Assembly (NCBI RefSeq): GCF_041886205.1
Contig: NZ_CP169029.1
DNA from: Escherichia coli
GTDB taxonomy: Bacteria > Pseudomonadota > Gammaproteobacteria > Enterobacterales > Enterobacteriaceae
Reading direction: 5' to 3' (one strand)
DNA length: 64,000 nt
Part shown: positions 47,380 through 64,000 of the stretch, in pieces
Numbering within the stretch: position 1 is the stretch's first letter
Layout of the letters: every line of letters begins with the position of its first letter
Notes under the pieces: model-generated
The model's input: the letters and a program-made list of their open reading frames with translations, nothing else
What the model was told of the DNA's origin: nothing
Databases searched by the model: none
Made by a program: the position numbers and the translations under genes

Positions 47380-48370
47380 ACAAATGTGCCTTATATAAAA
47401 AGGAGAACAAAATGGAACTTAAAATAATTGAGACAATAGATTTTTATTATCCCTGTTTACGATATTATAGCCAAAGTTGTATCCTGCATCAGTCCTGCAA
47501 TATTTCACGAGTGCTTTGTTAACTGAATACATGTCTGCCATTTTCCAGATGATAACGACGTCATCACAATTGATGGTAAAACACTTCGGCACACTTATGA
47601 CAAGAGTCGTCGCAGAGGAGTGGTTCATGTCATTAGTGTGTTTCAGCAATGCACAGTCTGGTCCTCGGATAGATCAAGACGGATGAGAAACCTAATGCGT
47701 TCACAGTTATTCATGAACTTTCTAAAATGATGGGTATTAAAGGAAAAATAATCATAACTGATGCGATGGCTTGCCAGAAAGATATTGCAGAGAAGATATA
47801 AAAACAGAGATGTGATTATTTATTCGCTGTAAAAGGAAATAAGAGTCGGCTTAATAGAGTCTTTGAGGAGATATTTACGCTGAAAGAATTAAATAATCCA
47901 AAACATAACAGTTACGCAATTAGTGAAAAGAGGCACGGCAGAGACGATGTCCGTCTTCATATTGTTTGAGATGCTCCTGATGAGCTTATTGATTTCACGT
48001 TTGAATGGAAAGGGCTGCAGAATTTATGAATGGCAGTCCACTTTCTCTCAATAATAGCAGAGCAAAAGAAAGAATCCGAAATGACGATCAAATATTATAT
48101 TAGATCTGCTGCTTTAACCGCAGAGAAGTTCGCCACAGTAAATCGAAATCACTGGCGCATGGAGAATAAGTTGCACAGTAGCCTGATGTGGTAATGAATG
48201 AAATCGACTATAATATAAGAAGGCGAGTTGCATTCGAATGATTTTCTAGAATGCGGCACATCGCTACTAATATCTGACAATGATAATGTATTCAAGGCAG
48301 GATTATCATGTAAGATGCGAAAAGCAGTCATGGACAGAAACTTCCTAGCGTCAGGCATTGCAGCGTGCGG
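47380..48370 (+). mobile_element. H-repeat / ISAs1-family transposase remnant (frameshifted, internally deleted)
   Basis: Broken frames spell MELKIIETID..., [91 protein letters not shown]: collinear with H-rpt (ISAs1) transposases but interrupted by stops. Confidence 0.85.
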
Positions 48371-48423
48371 GCTTTCATAATCTTGCATTGGTTTTGATAA
48401 GATATTTCTTTGGAGATGGGAAA

Positions 48424-49089
48424 ATGAATTTGTATGGTATTTTTGGTGCTGGAAGTTATGGTAGAGAAACAATACCCATTCTAAATCAACAAATAAAGCA
48501 AGAATGTGGTTCTGACTATGCTCTGGTTTTTGTGGATGATGTTTTGGCAGGAAAGAAAGTTAATGGTTTTGAAGTGCTTTCAACCAACTGCTTTCTAAAA
48601 GCCCCTTATTTAAAAAAGTATTTTAATGTTGCTATTGCTAATGATAAGATACGACAGAGAGTGTCTGAGTCAATATTATTACACGGGGTTGAACCAATAA
48701 CTATAAAACATCCAAATAGCGTTGTTTATGATCATACTATGATAGGTAGTGGCGCTATTATTTCTCCCTTTGTTACAATATCTACTAATACTCATATAGG
48801 GAGGTTTTTTCATGCAAACATATACTCATACGTTGCACATGATTGTCAAATAGGAGACTATGTTACATTTGCTCCTGGGGCTAAATGTAATGGATATGTT
48901 GTTATTGAAGACAATGCATATATAGGCTCGGGTGCAGTAATTAAGCAGGGTGTTCCTAATCGCCCACTTATTATTGGCGCGGGAGCCATTATAGGTATGG
49001 GGGCTGTTGTCACTAAAAGTGTTCCTGCCGGTATAACTGTGTGCGGAAATCCAGCAAGAGAAATGAAAAGATCGCCAACATCTATTTAA
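48424..49089 (+). CDS. wbdR: Perosamine N-acetyltransferase (hexapeptide-repeat), WbdR
   Basis: ORF 48358-49089; start set at MNLYGIFGAGSYGRE; hexapeptide-repeat acetyltransferase; last gene of the O cluster before gnd. Confidence 0.8.
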   Translation: MNLYGIFGAGSYGRETIPILNQQIKQECGSDYALVFVDDVLAGKKVNGFEVLSTNCFLKAPYLKKYFNVAIANDKIRQRVSESILLHGVEPITIKHPNSVVYDHTMIGSGAIISPFVTISTNTHIGRFFHANIYSYVAHDCQIGDYVTFAPGAKCNGYVVIEDNAYIGSGAVIKQGVPNRPLIIGAGAIIGMGAVVTKSVPAGITVCGNPAREMKRSPTSI

Positions 49090-49289
49090 AGGGAATGCGG
49101 AAACACGTTCCAAATGGGACTAATGTTTAAAATATATATAATTTCGCTAATTTACTAAATTATGGCTTCTTTTTAAGCTATCCTTTACTTAGTTATTACT
49201 GATACAGCATGAAATTTATAATACTCTGATACATTTTTATACGTTATTCAAGCCGCATATCTAGCGGTAACCCCTGACAGGAGTAAACA

Positions 49290-50696
49290 ATGTCAAAGCA
49301 ACAGATCGGCGTAGTCGGTATGGCAGTGATGGGGCGCAACCTAGCGCTCAACATCGAAAGCCGTGGTTATACCGTCTCTATTTTCAACCGCTCCCGTGAG
49401 AAGACGGAAGAAGTGATTGCCGAAAATCCAGGCAAGAAACTGGTTCCTTACTATACGGTGAAAGAGTTTGTTGAATCTCTGGAAACGCCTCGTCGCATCC
49501 TGTTAATGGTGAAAGCAGGTGCAGGCACGGATGCTGCTATTGATTCCCTCAAGCCGTACCTCGATAAAGGTGACATCATCATTGATGGTGGTAACACCTT
49601 CTTCCAGGACACCATTCGTCGTAACCGTGAGCTTTCTGCCGAAGGCTTTAACTTCATCGGTACCGGTGTTTCCGGCGGAGAAGAAGGCGCGCTGAAAGGT
49701 CCTTCCATTATGCCTGGTGGGCAGAAAGAAGCCTATGAACTGGTTGCGCCGATCCTGACCAAAATCGCCGCAGTGGCTGAAGACGGTGAGCCATGCGTTA
49801 CCTATATTGGTGCCGATGGCGCAGGTCACTATGTGAAGATGGTTCACAACGGTATTGAATACGGAGATATGCAACTGATTGCTGAAGCCTATTCTCTGCT
49901 TAAAGGTGGCCTGAACCTCACCAACGAAGAACTGGCGCAGACGTTTACCGAGTGGAATAACGGTGAACTGAGCAGCTACCTGATCGACATCACCAAAGAT
50001 ATCTTCACCAAAAAAGATGAAGACGGTAACTACCTGGTTGATGTGATCCTGGATGAAGCGGCTAACAAAGGTACCGGTAAATGGACCAGCCAGAGCGCAC
50101 TGGATCTCGGCGAACCGCTGTCGCTGATTACCGAGTCTGTGTTTGCACGTTATATCTCTTCTCTGAAAGATCAGCGTGTTGCCGCATCTAAAGTTCTCTC
50201 TGGCCCGCAAGCACAGCCAGCAGGCGACAAGGCTGAGTTCATCGAAAAAGTTCGCCGTGCGCTGTATCTGGGCAAAATCGTTTCTTACGCCCAGGGCTTC
50301 TCTCAGCTGCGTGCTGCGTCTGAAGAGTACAACTGGGATCTGAACTACGGCGAAATCGCGAAGATTTTCCGTGCTGGCTGCATCATTCGTGCGCAGTTCC
50401 TGCAGAAAATTACCGATGCTTATGCCGAAAATCCGCAGATCGCTAACCTGCTGCTGGCTCCGTACTTCAAGCAAATTGCCGATGATTACCAGCAGGCGCT
50501 GCGTGATGTCGTTGCTTATGCGGTACAGAACGGTATCCCGGTTCCGACCTTCGCCGCTGCGGTTGCCTATTACGATAGCTACCGTGCCGCTGTTCTGCCT
50601 GCGAACCTGATCCAGGCACAGCGTGACTATTTCGGTGCACATACTTATAAGCGCATTGATAAAGAAGGTGTGTTCCATACTGAATGGCTGGATTAA
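49290..50696 (+). CDS. gnd: 6-phosphogluconate dehydrogenase, decarboxylating
   Basis: 468-aa [30 protein letters not shown]. Confidence 0.95.
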   Translation: MSKQQIGVVGMAVMGRNLALNIESRGYTVSIFNRSREKTEEVIAENPGKKLVPYYTVKEFVESLETPRRILLMVKAGAGTDAAIDSLKPYLDKGDIIIDGGNTFFQDTIRRNRELSAEGFNFIGTGVSGGEEGALKGPSIMPGGQKEAYELVAPILTKIAAVAEDGEPCVTYIGADGAGHYVKMVHNGIEYGDMQLIAEAYSLLKGGLNLTNEELAQTFTEWNNGELSSYLIDITKDIFTKKDEDGNYLVDVILDEAANKGTGKWTSQSALDLGEPLSLITESVFARYISSLKDQRVAASKVLSGPQAQPAGDKAEFIEKVRRALYLGKIVSYAQGFSQLRAASEEYNWDLNYGEIAKIFRAGCIIRAQFLQKITDAYAENPQIANLLLAPYFKQIADDYQQALRDVVAYAVQNGIPVPTFAAAVAYYDSYRAAVLPANLIQAQRDYFGAHTYKRIDKEGVFHTEWLD

Positions 50697-50723
50697 TCTG
50701 ATTTAACCAACAGTAAAATTGAG

Positions 50724-50755
50724 GCCCGGCGTATATTGCACCGGGCTTTTTTTTG
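50724..50755 (+). terminator. Rho-independent terminator after gnd
   Basis: gcccggcgtatattgcaccgggc hairpin followed by a T9 run. Confidence 0.75.
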
Positions 50756-50935
50756 CCATTTATCTTATAGACTAAATTTCACTGCTTAATATTAACTTAA
50801 TAAATATCAGCTATTCTTATAAAGAAAATCTGAATTGTTTTTCGTAGCGTTGACCAGCTAATAACGTAGCGTTAAAACATTTAGCTCTTATCAGGATGCT
50901 AAAAACATCATGATTCACAGTTAAGTTAATTCTGA

Positions 50936-52111
<1,176 letters not shown>

Positions 52112-52120
52112 CATCTTGTT

Positions 52121-52143
52121 ATCAGGGCGATTTTCGCCCTGAT
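52121..52143 (+). terminator. Hairpin downstream of ugd (terminator-like)
   Basis: atcagggcgattttcgccctgat perfect 9-bp stem; weak T tract. Confidence 0.45.
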
Positions 52144-52254
52144 TGTCTGATGTTCCCTTTGTAATAATTCATTATTTTTATCATTTATCCTATAGCATTC
52201 ATGGCGATTATCGCTAAACTATGGCGACTTAAAATTATTTCGTCCGTTAGGGTA

Positions 52255-53235
52255 ATGATGAGAGTAGAAAATAATAATGTTTCTGGGCAAAACCATGACC
52301 CGGAACAGATTGATTTGATTGATTTACTGGTGCAGTTGTGGCGTGGCAAGATGACAATTATCATCTCTGTCATTGTGGCTATTGCCCTGGCTATAGGGTA
52401 TCTGGCCGTTGCCAAAGAAAAGTGGACTTCCACAGCTATCGTTACTCAACCTGATGTGGGGCAAATCGCTGGTTATAACAATGCCATAAATGTGATTTAT
52501 GGTTCGGCAGCGCCGAAAGTGTCTGAGATCCAGTCGATGTTAATTGGTCGTTTCAGCACGACATTTTCTGCATTAGCGGAAACGCTGGATAATCAGGAAG
52601 AACCTGAAAAACTGACCATTGAGCCTACCGTTAAAAATCAGTCCTTACCTTTAGCGGTTTCTTATGTTGGTGAAACAGCTGAAGGTGCGCAGAAACAGCT
52701 GGCGAAGTATATCCAGCAAGTTGACGACCAGGTAAATGAAGAACTGGAACAAGACCTGAAAGACAACATCGCGCTGCAAATGAAAAACTTGCAGGATTCT
52801 CTGAAGACGCAGGAAGTGGTTGCGCAGGAGCAGAAAGATCTGCGTATCCGTCAGATTCAGGAAGCGTTGCAGTATGCGAATCAGGCGCAGGTGACAAAGC
52901 CGCAGATTCAGCAGACACAGGACGTAACCCAGGATACTATGTTCCTTTTGGGGAGCGAAGCGCTGGAGTCGATGATTAAGCACGAGGCGACTCGTCCGTT
53001 GGTGTTCTCATCAAACTACTATCAGACTCGTCAAAACCTGCTGGATATCGACAATCTTGACGTTGATAAACTTGATATTCATGCTTACCGCTATGTAATG
53101 AAACCGACGTTACCTATTCGTCGCGATAGCCCGAAAAAGGCAATTACCTTGATTCTGGCGGTGCTGCTGGGCGGCATGGTTGGCGCGGGGATTGTGTTGG
53201 GGCGTAACGCTCTGCGTAATTACAACGCGAAGTAA
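52255..53235 (+). CDS. wzz: O-antigen chain-length determinant Wzz (Cld)
   Basis: ORF 52201-53235; start placed at MMRVENNNVSGQNHDPEQIDLIDL (326 aa); two TM segments flanking a coiled-coil periplasmic domain. Confidence 0.88.
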   Translation: MMRVENNNVSGQNHDPEQIDLIDLLVQLWRGKMTIIISVIVAIALAIGYLAVAKEKWTSTAIVTQPDVGQIAGYNNAINVIYGSAAPKVSEIQSMLIGRFSTTFSALAETLDNQEEPEKLTIEPTVKNQSLPLAVSYVGETAEGAQKQLAKYIQQVDDQVNEELEQDLKDNIALQMKNLQDSLKTQEVVAQEQKDLRIRQIQEALQYANQAQVTKPQIQQTQDVTQDTMFLLGSEALESMIKHEATRPLVFSSNYYQTRQNLLDIDNLDVDKLDIHAYRYVMKPTLPIRRDSPKKAITLILAVLLGGMVGAGIVLGRNALRNYNAK

Positions 53236-53252
53236 TCTTTGCAGCTTTAAAG

Positions 53253-53290
53253 AAAACGGGCAGGGTGGTGACACCTTGCCCGTTTTTTTT
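53253..53290. terminator. Bidirectional rho-independent terminator between convergent wzz and hisI
   Basis: aaaacgggcagggtggtgacaccttgcccgtttttttt: GC stem flanked by A-run and T-run. Confidence 0.8.
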
Positions 53291-53331
53291 GCCGGATGCG
53301 ACAACAACATCGCATCCGCTTACCCCGCAAC

Positions 53332-53943
53332 TCACTGATGCCGTTTGCGCAGGTTCTCAATCACCGTCGTTAAGTCCAGATCCTGATCCTGCAACAATAC
53401 CAGCAGGTGATACATCAAATCAGATGCCTCGTTGGTCAGCTCAAAGCGGTCATGTACCGTTGCTGCCAGTGCGGTTTCCACGCCTTCTTCGCCCACTTTT
53501 TGCGCAATGCGTTTGGTGCCGCTGGCATACAGTTTGGCAGTGTAAGAGGTTTCCGGGTCGGCAGATTTGCGTTCGGCGAGCAATTGTTCCAGTTGATACA
53601 GGAACAGCCATTGGTGAGCGGTGTCGCCGAAGCAGCTGCTGGTGCCTTTGTGGCAGGTCGGACCGATGGGATTAGCCAGCACTAATAAAGTGTCGTTGTC
53701 GCAGTCCGGTGCAATACTCACCACATTGAGGAAATTGCCCGACGTTTCGCCTTTGGTCCACAGTCGCTGTTTAGTGCGCGAGAAGAAGGTGACTTTGCCG
53801 CTTTCGATGGTTTTGTCTAAGGCTTCCGGGTTCATATAGCCCAGCATTAACACTTCGCCGGATACCGCGTGTTGCACAATCACCGGCATCAGTCCGTCGG
53901 TTTTTTCCCAGTCCAGTTCGCGACGTTGTTGTTCTGTTAACAT
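53332..53943 (-). CDS. hisI: Bifunctional phosphoribosyl-AMP cyclohydrolase / phosphoribosyl-ATP pyrophosphatase HisIE
   Basis: 203-aa [45 protein letters not shown]. Confidence 0.95.
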
Positions 53944-54278
53944 ATCCTGATCTCCACGCCCTGTGTTGCCAGGTACGCTTTTAATTCACCAATATTGATT
54001 ATTTGTTTGTGGAATACGGAAGCTGCCAGCGCGCCGTCAACGTCGGCATCACGGAAGGCTTCGAGGAAGTGTTCCATGGTGCCCGCGCCACCGGAGGCAA
54101 TTAGCGGGACGTGGCAAACTTCACGCACTTTTTTCAGTTGTTCGAGGTCGTAACCGTTACGCACGCCGTCCTGATTCATCATGTTGAGGACGATTTCTCC
54201 GGCACCGCGTTTTTGCACTTCCTGTACCCAGTCGAGCGTTTCCCACTGAGTGACGCGGGTGCGGCTTTCATCGCCCAC
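53937..54278 (-). pseudogene. hisF: 3'-terminal 113 codons of hisF (imidazole glycerol phosphate synthase cyclase subunit); 5' half replaced by the anomalous block
   Basis: Translation [74 protein letters not shown]...GVEIRIC matches the HisF C-terminus; upstream in-frame codon is a stop and the preceding sequence no longer encodes HisF. Confidence 0.85.
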
Positions 54279-59475
<5,197 letters not shown>

Positions 59476-59480
59476 GGCGA

Positions 59481-60380
59481 TCACTCCATCATCTTCTCAA
59501 TCGGCAGGACCAGGATTGAACTGGCACCCAGCGCTTTCAGTTTTTCCATGGTTTCCCAGAACAGGGTTTCGCTGCTGACCATGTGCATCGCTACGCGTTG
59601 TTGGTCACCCGCCAGCGGCAGAATAGTTGGGCGTTCGGCACCTGGCAGCAGGGCGATGACTTCATCCAGACGTTCGGTCGGTGCGTGCATCATGATGTAT
59701 TTTGATTCGCGCGCCTGGATCACACCCTGAATACGGGTCAGCAGTTTGTCGATCAGTTGCTGTTTGGATTCTTCCATTTCGCCATCGCGTTGTATCAGGC
59801 AGGCTTTCGAGCGATAGATAACTTCGACTTCGCGCAGGCCGTTAGCTTCCAGCGTGGCACCGGTGGAAACCAGATCGCAAATCGCATCCGCCAGTCCGGC
59901 ACGCGGGGCGACTTCAACAGAACCGTTCAGTAAGCAGGATTTAAAAGAGATACCTTTCTGGTCGAGATAACGCTTGAGCAGGTGAGGATAAGAGGTGGCG
60001 ATACGTTTACCGTTTAAGGAGAGCGGGCCATCCCAGGCTTCATCAACCGGCGTTGCCAGTGAAAGTCGGCAGCCGCCGAAATCCAGACGACGCAGGGTAA
60101 AGTAGCGTGGATCTTCACCCTGGGCGCGGCGGTTAAGCAGCTCTTCTTCCAGCACGTTTTCGCCGATAATCCCGAGGTCAACCACGCCGTCCATTACCAG
60201 ACCGGGAATGTCGTCGTCACGCACGCGCAGAATATCAATCGGCATGTTTTCTGCCATCGCGATCAGGCGCTGGGTGTGAAGATTGATTTTAATGCCACAG
60301 CGCGCCAGCAATTCGCGTGAGTCATCACTTAAACGGCCGGATTTCTGCATAGCTATGCGTAAACGAGTGTTGTCTGTCAT
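59481..60380 (-). CDS. hisG: ATP phosphoribosyltransferase
   Basis: ORF 59481-60419; canonical start [30 protein letters not shown] (299 aa). Confidence 0.95.
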
Positions 60381-60426
60381 TTTCTTATTCCTCTTTAAAC
60401 CTGTCTGAACCGTTATCAACCGCGCA

Positions 60427-60463
60427 ATAAAAAAGCCCCCGGAAGGTGATCTTCCGGGGGCTT
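60427..60463 (-). terminator. his attenuator terminator hairpin
   Basis: aaaaagcccccggaaggtgatcttccgggggcttt: GC-rich stem followed on the minus strand by a U-run, between hisL and hisG. Confidence 0.85.
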
Positions 60464-60525
60464 TCTCATGCGTTCATGCACCACTGGAAGATCTGAATGT
60501 CTTCCAGCACACATCGCCTGAAAGA

Positions 60526-60576
60526 CTAGTCAGGATGATGGTGATGATGGTGGTGTTTAAATTGAACGCGTGTCAT
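60526..60576 (-). CDS. hisL: his operon leader peptide (7 consecutive His codons)
   Basis: Reverse complement reads atgacacgcgttcaatttaaacaccaccatcatcaccatcatcctgactag = MTRVQFKHHHHHHHPD*. Confidence 0.95.
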   Translation of the reverse strand: MTRVQFKHHHHHHHPD

Positions 60577-60823
60577 AAAAGTCTCTGTGAATGTTTATTC
60601 AACTGATGTCTTTTAACCTAAACCACTTTCACGTTAGAAAGCAAGGGCTTTTTTATATATTTTATGGCGATGGATTTGTTTAATGAATGAGCGGGGAAAG
60701 GAGGGGGCTAAGAGGACTGTCCTCTAAGCTGACGGCACCAAAAATAGCGAAGCCTGGATTTTCGTCTCACTGACAATACCTTGATCTACAAACTAATTAA
60801 TAAATAGTTAATTAACGCCCATC

Positions 60824-60845
60824 ATTGTACAATGAACTGTACAAA
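60824..60845. promoter_or_regulatory. yefM-yoeB operator (TGTACA palindromes) overlapping the promoter
   Basis: attgtacaatgaactgtacaaa with two TGTACA half-sites spaced as in the YefM-YoeB autoregulatory site, 14 bp upstream of the yefM ATG. Confidence 0.7.
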
Positions 60846-60858
60846 AGAGGAGATTGAC

Positions 60859-61110
60859 ATGCGTACAATTAGCTACAGCGAAGCGCGTCAGAATTTGTCG
60901 GCAACAATGATGAAAGCCGTTGAAGATCATGCCCCGATCCTTATTACTCGTCAGAATGGAGAGGCTTGTGTTCTGATGTCACTCGAAGAATACAACTCCC
61001 TGGAGGAGACGGCTTATCTACTGCGTTCCCCCGCTAACGCCCGGAGATTGATGGACTCAATCGATAGCCTGAAATCTGGCAAAGGAACGGAAAAGGACAT
61101 CATTGAGTGA
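60859..61110 (+). CDS. yefM: Antitoxin YefM
   Basis: ORF 60832-61110; canonical start [50 protein letters not shown] (83 aa). Confidence 0.93.
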
Positions 61111-61361
61111 AACTAATCTGGTCTGAGGAATCATGGGACGATTATCTGTACTGGCAGGAAACAGATAAGCGAATTGTTAAAAAGATCAATGAACTTATCA
61201 AAGATACCCGCAGAACGCCATTTGAAGGTAAGGGGAAGCCAGAACCCCTGAAACATAATTTGTCAGGTTTCTGGTCCCGACGCATTACAGAGGAGCACCG
61301 TCTGGTATACGCGGTTACCGACGATTCACTGCTCATTGCAGCATGTCGTTATCATTATTGA
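61107..61361 (+). CDS. yoeB: Toxin YoeB (ribosome-dependent mRNA interferase)
   Basis: 84-aa ORF (GTG start overlapping yefM stop) [67 protein letters not shown]. Confidence 0.93.
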
Positions 61362-61443
61362 ACAGATTCATTCATAGAATGAATTGTCAGTTTTGATACG
61401 CTAGCGTAGCCTTATAGATCTAAGGTGTATCAGGAGATAACGG

Positions 61444-62268
61444 ATGAAAAAGGTCGCAATTGTCGGGTTAGGGTGGTTAGGCATGCCGCTGGCGATGTCA
61501 CTTTCAGCGCGAGGCTGGCAAGTCACCGGGAGTAAAACCACACAAGATGGTGTCGAAGCGGCCCGAATGAGTGGCATTGATAGCTATCTGCTTCGCATGG
61601 AGCCTGAGTTAGTTTGCGATTCTGACGATCTGGATGCCCTGATGGATGTCGATGCGCTGGTCATTACGCTTCCGGCACGTCGTAGCGGCCCCGGCGATGA
61701 GTTCTATTTACAAGCGGTACAAGAGTTAGTGGATAGCGCGCTGGCCCATCGTATTCCCCGCATTATTTTTACCAGCTCAACATCTGTCTATGGCGACGCG
61801 CAAGGCACGGTGAAAGAAACTACCCCGCGTAATCCGGTAACCAACAGTGGACGAGTATTAGAAGAACTCGAAGACTGGCTGCACAATTTACCCGGTACTT
61901 CGGTCGATATTCTGCGTCTTGCGGGCCTGGTCGGACCGGGGCGTCATCCCGGACGCTTCTTTGCCGGAAAAACCGCGCCTGATGGTGAACATGGTGTTAA
62001 TTTAGTCCATTTAGAAGATGTTATTGGCGCTATCACTCTGTTGTTACAGGCACCTAAAGGCGGACACATCTATAATATATGTGCGCCAGCTCACCCTGCG
62101 CGTAATGTTTTCTATCCGCAGATGGCCCGTTTACTGGGGCTGGAGCCTCCGCAGTTCAGAAATAGTCTGGACAGCGGCAAAGGTAAGATTATTGATGGCA
62201 GTCGGATTTGTAATGAACTGGGATTTGAATACCAGTATCCCGATCCGCTGGTAATGCCGCTGGAGTAA
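61444..62268 (+). CDS. yeeZ: NAD(P)-binding epimerase/dehydratase-family protein YeeZ
   Basis: 274-aa ORF MKKVAIVGLGWLGMPLAMSL (Rossmann GxGxxG). Confidence 0.85.
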   Translation: MKKVAIVGLGWLGMPLAMSLSARGWQVTGSKTTQDGVEAARMSGIDSYLLRMEPELVCDSDDLDALMDVDALVITLPARRSGPGDEFYLQAVQELVDSALAHRIPRIIFTSSTSVYGDAQGTVKETTPRNPVTNSGRVLEELEDWLHNLPGTSVDILRLAGLVGPGRHPGRFFAGKTAPDGEHGVNLVHLEDVIGAITLLLQAPKGGHIYNICAPAHPARNVFYPQMARLLGLEPPQFRNSLDSGKGKIIDGSRICNELGFEYQYPDPLVMPLE

Positions 62269-62313
62269 ACGACCACGCCAGCAGGACGCCGCATGCACTG
62301 CAAGGGGGCGTGT

Positions 62314-63243
62314 ATGAAACCACTGCTGGATGTGTTGATGATCCTCGATGCCTTAGAAAAAGAAGGCAGTTTTGCGGCGGCGTCGGCCAAACTCTATAAG
62401 ACGCCGTCCGCTCTGAGTTACACCGTTCACAAGCTGGAAAGCGACCTTAATATTCAATTGCTTGATCGTAGCGGACACCGCGCTAAATTCACCCGCACCG
62501 GAAAAATGTTATTAGAGAAAGGGCGGGAAGTTCTGCATACCGTGCGAGAACTGGAAAAGCAGGCGATCAAACTGCATGAAGGCTGGGAAAACGAACTGGT
62601 GATTGGCGTGGACGACACGTTTCCTTTTTCTCTGCTTGCGCCACTCATTGAAGCTTTTTATCAACATCATAGCGTGACGCGCCTGAAGTTTATCAATGGC
62701 GTACTCGGTGGTTCATGGGATGCCCTGACTCAGGGGCGAGCGGATATTATTGTTGGCGCGATGCATGAGCCACCATCTTCCAGTGAGTTTGGTTTCTCGC
62801 GGTTGGGCGATCTGGAACAAGTCTTTGCGGTAGCGCCTCATCATCCGTTAGCCCTGGAAGAAGAACCGTTAAACCGTCGTATCATTAAGCGATATCGGGC
62901 GATTGTGGTGGGGGACACTGCGCAGGCCGGCGCTTCTACGGCCTCACAACTTCTCGACGAACAAGAAGCCATTACCGTCTTCGATTTTAAAACCAAGCTA
63001 GAGCTGCAAATTAGCGGCCTCGGCTGCGGCTATTTACCCCGTTATCTGGCGCAACGTTTTCTCGATAGTGGCGCGTTAATCGAGAAGAAAGTGGTCGCCC
63101 AAACTCTCTTTGAACCCGTCTGGATTGGCTGGAACGAACAGACCGCAGGCCTTGCCAGCGGCTGGTGGCGAGATGAAATTTTAGCAAATAGTGCGATCGC
63201 CGGTGTTTATGCAAAATCTGATGACGGAAAATCAGCCATTTAA
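62314..63243 (+). CDS. yeeY: LysR-family transcriptional regulator YeeY
   Basis: ORF 62293-63243; start set at MKPLLDVLMILDALEKEGSFAAASAKLYKTPSALSYTVHKLE (HTH), LysR substrate-binding domain. Confidence 0.85.
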   Translation: MKPLLDVLMILDALEKEGSFAAASAKLYKTPSALSYTVHKLESDLNIQLLDRSGHRAKFTRTGKMLLEKGREVLHTVRELEKQAIKLHEGWENELVIGVDDTFPFSLLAPLIEAFYQHHSVTRLKFINGVLGGSWDALTQGRADIIVGAMHEPPSSSEFGFSRLGDLEQVFAVAPHHPLALEEEPLNRRIIKRYRAIVVGDTAQAGASTASQLLDEQEAITVFDFKTKLELQISGLGCGYLPRYLAQRFLDSGALIEKKVVAQTLFEPVWIGWNEQTAGLASGWWRDEILANSAIAGVYAKSDDGKSAI

Positions 63244-63330
63244 AGAAAAATTATTATGACAAGCCTCTCATTCTCTTGTCATTTCCCCCCCATTTAGGCA
63301 CAATGCGCCGCTGTCAAAAAATGACTAAAA

Positions 63331-63361
63331 ACCGACGTTTCATCAGCGTCGGTTATTTTTT
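63331..63361 (+). terminator. Rho-independent terminator after yeeY
   Basis: accgacgtttcatcagcgtcggt hairpin followed by ttattttttg. Confidence 0.7.
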
Positions 63362-63509
63362 GCTTCAAACCAATCATTCATACCAAGAGGCCGGGCTTCG
63401 TACCGGATAGATATTTACTAAAAATCGACAGTTGTTGTCGCTGAGGAATCCAAAAAAATGGGGCAATTTTTTGCTTACGCGACGGTTATCACCGTAAAGG
63501 AGAATGACC

Positions 63510-64000
63510 ATGTCGCATAACGTTACTCCAAACACCTCTCGCGTGGAATTGCGTAAAACGCTTACGTTAGTTCCGGTTGTAATGATGGGTCTTGCCTATA
63601 TGCAGCCGATGACGCTGTTTGATACTTTTGGTATCGTTTCAGGCCTCACGGATGGTCATGTGCCGACAGCCTATGCGTTCGCATTGATTGCGATCCTGTT
63701 TACGGCTCTGAGCTACGGGAAGCTGGTTCGCCGCTATCCTTCTGCTGGCTCTGCATACACTTACGCCCAGAAATCCATTAGCCCGACTGTCGGCTTTATG
63801 GTGGGTTGGTCTTCTCTGCTCGACTATCTGTTCGCGCCGATGATCAACATTCTGCTGGCGAAAATTTATTTTGAAGCTCTGGTGCCTTCCATCCCATCGT
63901 GGATGTTTGTGGTGGCGCTGGTGGCCTTTATGACCGCCTTTAACCTGCGTAGTCTGAAATCCGTAGCGAACTTCAACACTGTAATCGTCGTGTTGCAGGT
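63510..64000 (+). CDS. plaP: Putrescine importer PlaP (YeeF), APC-family transporter; 5' part only, runs off window end
   Basis: RBS aaaggagaa then ATG; translation [45 protein letters not shown]... hydrophobic permease N-terminus; no stop before window end. Confidence 0.85.
   Translation, partial: MSHNVTPNTSRVELRKTLTLVPVVMMGLAYMQPMTLFDTFGIVSGLTDGHVPTAYAFALIAILFTALSYGKLVRRYPSAGSAYTYAQKSISPTVGFMVGWSSLLDYLFAPMINILLAKIYFEALVPSIPSWMFVVALVAFMTAFNLRSLKSVANFNTVIVVLQ

Noticed and set aside
49503-50678. 391-aa minus-strand ORF antisense to gnd
   Set aside because: Fully contained within gnd on the opposite strand; no independent start context.

Overview
This window is an Escherichia coli chromosomal segment whose gene order and proteins match the serogroup O157 arrangement. 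No novel defence, secretion or biosynthetic system was found; the one region not explained by known biology is a ~3.1 kb block inside the his operon.

Gene content, left to right:
- yegE/dgcE (minus), then udk, dcd, asmA, and yegH (minus).
- The complete colanic acid cluster: wza-wzb-wzc, wcaA-F, gmd-fcl-gmm, wcaI, cpsB, cpsG, wcaJ, wzxC, wcaK-L-M, with a JUMPstart/ops element upstream of wza.
- gne and galF, followed by a second JUMPstart/ops element.
- An AT-rich O157-type O-antigen cluster: wbdN, wzy, wbdO, wzx, per, wbdP, gmd, fcl, gmm/wbdQ, manC, manB, an H-repeat (ISAs1-family) remnant, and wbdR.
- gnd, ugd, wzz.
- The histidine operon on the minus strand (hisI ... hisG, hisL leader and attenuator).
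- yefM-yoeB toxin-antitoxin pair, yeeZ, yeeY, and the start of plaP/yeeF.
- REP/BIME repeats at several convergent or intergenic junctions.

The anomaly: between the intact 3' part of hisF (ending ~54278) and the intact 5' 250 codons of hisC (from ~57425), the sequence lies exactly where the hisF 5' half, hisA, hisH, hisB and the hisC 3' end belong. It has no intact ORF, many frame breaks, and CA/TG dinucleotide runs atypical of enterobacterial DNA, yet keeps degraded, collinear similarity to His proteins. I read it as an in-place, length-preserving, heavily diverged his remnant: either real pseudogenisation (predicting histidine auxotrophy) or a sequence or assembly artefact. It is not inserted cargo.

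All calls rest on reading the supplied ORF translations and sequence against remembered protein families; no database search or alignment was run.
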